Shown one piece after another: positions 36,018-39,642 of a stretch of DNA of 39,642 nt. Source of the DNA: Catajapyx aquilonaris (Eukaryota). The translations under genes and the position numbers were made by a program. Position 1 is the stretch's first letter. Each line of letters starts with the position of its first letter. The stretch covers positions 1-39,642 of the forward strand of contig JYFJ02004334.1 in NCBI GenBank assembly GCA_000934665.2, written 5' to 3'. The notes under the pieces were generated by a model. The model did no database searches and was not told the origin of the DNA. It was given only the letters and a program-made list of their open reading frames with translations.

Positions 36018-36323
36018 GTGACTGAAGCAGACTGAAAGCCTGTAAAAAAATAAGCACATAAAATAATATGATAAAGGCAATGGATTTCTTAGAGTGAACT
36101 GCTGGGCCCATGGCCCCGCCCCCAAACAAACTTCTCTCCTCCCTCCTCCCCAACTTCTCCCCCCCCCCCCACCACTTTGGCACCATAACAACATGTATCC
36201 CTCCGCCAGAGCCGGACACCTTATTCCGATGGTGCTTATGCGCGCCGAAAAGAAGTGAAAAGAAGAGATTCGAACACCGTTGCAGTGACCGTTGCCTTGG
36301 ATTCGAACAATGCTTCGAAATTA

Positions 36324-37331
36324 AGCTGGGTTTACATGTGAGCGAAATGATCAGCGATTTGCATCGCCAGCGATGAAATCCTAACGAAAGCAGTGATTTG
36401 GGCCGAAAGTAGCAATCGCGTTTAAGAAGGGAGGGCCTCGGCGATGACATCGCTCAAGGAGATGGCGACGACATCGTCGCTCACTTGTGGCGTATTCGGG
36501 TGGCTGTACTGTGACGGCGTGTGGTGACAGAAAGGCACCCGCCTGTTTTCGTTCGATTTCCAACATGGCGTCAGGAGGGAAGAAGCCGCAGATGAAGACG
36601 TCATACTCCAGCGCCCAGAAAGTTATACCGACCTGCAACCTGTATCCACCTACTCACCACCACTCCCAAGGGTCCCTTGTTCCACCAAAAACACAGAAGC
36701 CGAGTATATTCGCGATACAGGCCGAGGGAGTCTCTTCGCCATTCCAAAATTCGAGCCATAAACAACCCGATCGTCTTTTGTCTCCTTCCGATAGTCCATG
36801 ACGTCAGAACCGCTACAATTCACGGTCGAAATGCATCGCCGCGATGCATTTCGACCGTGAATTGTAGCGGTTCTGACGTCATGACTCAAGCGATAGCGCT
36901 TAAGCATCGCCCGTGTGTTTACATGCCGGCGACGTGCATCGCCACGGCATGCCAACAGCATCGCCACAGCATGCCAACAGCATCGCCCGCGCAAAGGACT
37001 ATCGGAAGGAGACAAAAGACGATCGGGTTGTTTATGGCTCGAATTTTGGAATGGCAAGGAGACTCCCTCGGCCTGTATCGCGAATATACTCGGCTTCTGT
37101 GTTTTTGGTGGAACCAGGGACCCTTGGGAGTGACACGCCGTCACAGTACAGCCACCCGAATACGCCACAAGTGAGCGACGATGTCGTCGCCATCTCCTTG
37201 AGCGATGTCATCGCCGAGGCCCTCCCTTCTTAAACGCGATTGCTACTTTCGGCCCAAATCACTGCTTTCGTTAGGATTTCATCGCTGGCGATGCAAATCG
37301 CTGATCATTTCGCTCACATGTAAACCCAGCT
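36324..37331. mobile_element. PIF/Harbinger-type palindromic MITE, 1008 bp
   Basis: TTA|agctgggtttacatg...catgtaaacccagct|TTA; near-perfect arms, central hairpin at about 36798-36883, one unpaired segment per arm. Confidence 0.92.
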
Positions 37332-37541
37332 TTAGACTAACAGAAAAATATAAAAGCAGAAAATGCAAGGGAGTCAATCAGTCAGGCACTACTCCGTAAT
37401 AATATAAGCCGAAGTCGGAGAGCACATATACGTTCCAGTACTCCCTCAGTTATGACAATATGAAGCCAGCCCACTTTATCTACTATATTCGATCATGATA
37501 GTGCAACTATCTTTGAGGCACGTTACGAACAACCTAGACAC

Positions 37542-37616
37542 CAAATTTCAAATTTCAAATTTATTTTGAAGGGAGAGACGAGTGTATACACTCGTAATCA
37601 CTCCCTTCAAAATAAA
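37542..37616 (-). repeat. Probable LINE/SINE 3' end: stem-loop, AATAAA and (TTTGAAA)n tail
   Basis: Plus strand caaatttcaaatttcaaatttatt overlaps the hairpin tttattttgaagggag...ctcccttcaaaataaa. Confidence 0.5.
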
Positions 37617-38256
37617 ATACAATATCAAAGACGAGTTATTTACTGCGTGATTCGTAAGAATTGAATGTGAGATGTGTGCTCAGAGTTAAATGCATTGTAA
37701 TTATCTGAGAGTTTAATAGGCACCGCTGTAGGGTGCATTCATGTTGAGTAAAGCATAATTAAAACCGATTAAAACCTTGTTAGTTGAATTCTTCCCTGGA
37801 GTTTCTTTTAAACCTGTATGCTGACTTAATTCCACTTCGTTCAACCACTACCTGTGATATGGCATGAATTGCATGACATCATTTATCAGCAGTATAAAGT
37901 GTTTGACCTATCCATTGTTAAGCACTTACGTGATATTTACTATAGTAATTAGAACCAAACAAATAGCTTCCCTTTCGTTTCATTTTCCTTTGTGGCATGG
38001 AGCGTCAGCACTCGAAAAAGCCGGATACTTAACCTGTAGGCCTAATATACATCATTTCTGTTTTTTTGGTGCACGGGTCATGAACGTAAACGCTGTGAAA
38101 TAATTAATTTAAACTGAAAAACATTGACGTATTTGCACTATTAGTGGCTGCGGGCTGAGGGGCTAACCCCACCCCGAGCCAACAGATGGCGCGCACAGCA
38201 GCGTCGCCCAAGGACCTTACGTCGCCCGTTTTTGTCCAGAGCACGGCCATAGATTA

Positions 38257-38589
38257 TGTGACCATTTTATTTTGGACATGTCTGTACATGGTCCCATTAT
38301 TTTGTGCTCAAATGTACTTACACCCCGACTGGTCACGTGACGTCACCAGTCTGCTGTTCCCATCTCGCATTGCGTTTGCACCACTACTTAAGCACGCAAC
38401 GCAGGGGCCTCTAGGCCATTCGCTAGGAGAGTATCCTGGATGACTGGTCACTCCTTACCACCCTCCCCTACCTAGCTATCCTTTTTCCCCTCATATCACT
38501 TGGTGACATTTTGAACGGAATAAACTGTCTGACTTAAACTGAACCCACTGTCTTTGGTTTTGTGTATGTACCTAGCCGCTCAGGTCACA
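38257..38589 (+). repeat. 5' LTR (333 bp)
   Basis: TGTGACC...GGTCACA terminal inverted repeat; AATAAA at 38519-38524; PBS follows after a 4-nt spacer. Confidence 0.85.
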
Positions 38590-38593
38590 TACG

Positions 38594-38613
38594 TGGTGTC
38601 AGAAGTGGGATTC
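38594..38613 (+). promoter_or_regulatory. Primer-binding site, tRNA-Leu
   Basis: TGGTGTCAGAAGTGGGATTC is complementary to the 3' end of eukaryotic tRNA-Leu(CAA) (..GAATCCCACTTCTGACACCA, recalled). Confidence 0.9.
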
Positions 38614-39017
38614 TGGTCTCCTTCGTGAGTCCCAGAAGGTATTCAGACAGTACTGGTTTTGAAACGTATCTTGTGTTACGAGTACGTATACGAGTGTGTT
38701 TACGGTGTGTCCATCGTTTCCTTTTCGAAGGTTACGGGTAGTGTGTCGTATTCGTACGAGTACACTGAGTTGGGTTTCAGTCCCATTGTGGTATTAATTT
38801 GGTGTGTATACTTTTGGGTTTCTTAGGTTTGCGAGTATAGATTTAAGAGTGTTTCCTATTGTGGTACGGTACTATTGTGGTATTGTTGTGGTGTGTATAA
38901 AGGTAAAAGGGTCCGGTGTGCGTTTCCCTACGGGTGAAACGTGTGACACTCCCCTACTGTGGTTGGTGGTTGTTCTCGTTGGTTGTTGGTCTGCTCGTAA
39001 GAGGTTTGTTGGTCGAG

Positions 39018-39642
39018 ATGGCGTCGGGAATTCCTCCTCTGTCGAAGTACGAAGGATCTTCTCCATTTCCAGAGTGGAAAGCAATGTATTCACTCTATGT
39101 TGATGCAATGGAGTGGGACGAGGCGAAGAAATTGGCACGCCTGCCGCTTTTTCTGGAGGGCAATGCCTTCCATGCCTACCGCCTCCTCACACCATTACAA
39201 AAGGTTGATTTTGCAACTACATGTTCCTCCTTGGAGTCATCCCTAACCCCGGTGGCTCCTAAGGTGTTGCAACAGAGTGAAGCCTCATTGATAACTCTGA
39301 AGCCAGGTGAAGGATGGGATTCCTATGTTTTCAGACTTAAGGAAGCTATCGCAAAATCACACCCTACGGCTCCTCCAGAAACAGTCTCCCAACTCGCCTG
39401 TGGAAAGCTATTTGAGTCCCTTCCCCGGGACACCCAGCGACAGATTATGTCCCAAGACCTGTCGTCTCTTGATGATGTTTTGCGTATCGCAAAGTTGACC
39501 GACGGCATAAACAAATGGCAGTCGAGTCACTACACCCCACCACATGGTTCTCGTCCACATGAGCCGAATTTCGTTGGCTACGACAATATGTCCACTGAGG
39601 TTCCTGTAGGACCTGTGCGGTCCCAGACGTTTGTTAGAGGTC
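39018..39642 (+). CDS. gag: Retrotransposon Gag (capsid-like), 3'-partial
   Basis: MASGIPPLSKYEGSSPFPEWKAMYSLYVDAMEWDEAKKLARLPLFLEGNAFHAY... is open to the window end; missed by the ORF track because it has no stop. Confidence 0.85.
   Translation, partial: MASGIPPLSKYEGSSPFPEWKAMYSLYVDAMEWDEAKKLARLPLFLEGNAFHAYRLLTPLQKVDFATTCSSLESSLTPVAPKVLQQSEASLITLKPGEGWDSYVFRLKEAIAKSHPTAPPETVSQLACGKLFESLPRDTQRQIMSQDLSSLDDVLRIAKLTDGINKWQSSHYTPPHGSRPHEPNFVGYDNMSTEVPVGPVRSQTFVRG

Larger units (their letters stand above)
38257..39642 (+). mobile_element. LTR retrotransposon (Ty3/Gypsy-like), 5' part
   Basis: LTR, PBS and gag ORF in canonical order; runs off the window end. Confidence 0.9.

Noticed and set aside
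36010..37399. Cluster of overlapping ORFs
   Set aside because: Produced by a GC-rich palindrome; identical peptides appear on both strands.
38594..38613. tRNA-Leu gene fragment or integration site
   Set aside because: Its position right after an LTR identifies it as a PBS.

Overview
Eukaryotic (invertebrate animal, probably arthropod-like) genomic DNA. Two multi-exon genes are arranged tail-to-tail. On the + strand is the 3' part of a SNAPC4/SNAP190-like Myb-repeat gene (5 exons, 2284-12850; 5' exons not identified in the window). On the - strand is an apparently complete soluble adenylyl cyclase (ADCY10/sAC-like) gene (about 23 coding exons, 36017 to 15117, about 1820 aa by my splice model). 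The sAC keeps its catalytic residues, but both canonical bicarbonate-site residues and the Walker A lysine are substituted. Introns and intergenic DNA are dense with transposable elements: TA-flanked Tc1/mariner/pogo MITEs and foldbacks, a decayed maT (Bmmar1-like) element, PIF/Harbinger MITEs including a 1-kb palindrome just upstream of the sAC gene, a piggyBac MITE, two non-autonomous Helitrons, two tRNA-derived SINEs and an internally deleted LINE. The window ends in the 5' LTR, PBS and gag of an LTR retrotransposon. Most ORFs in the supplied track are spurious. All family assignments come from motif recognition by eye and from memory, not database searches.
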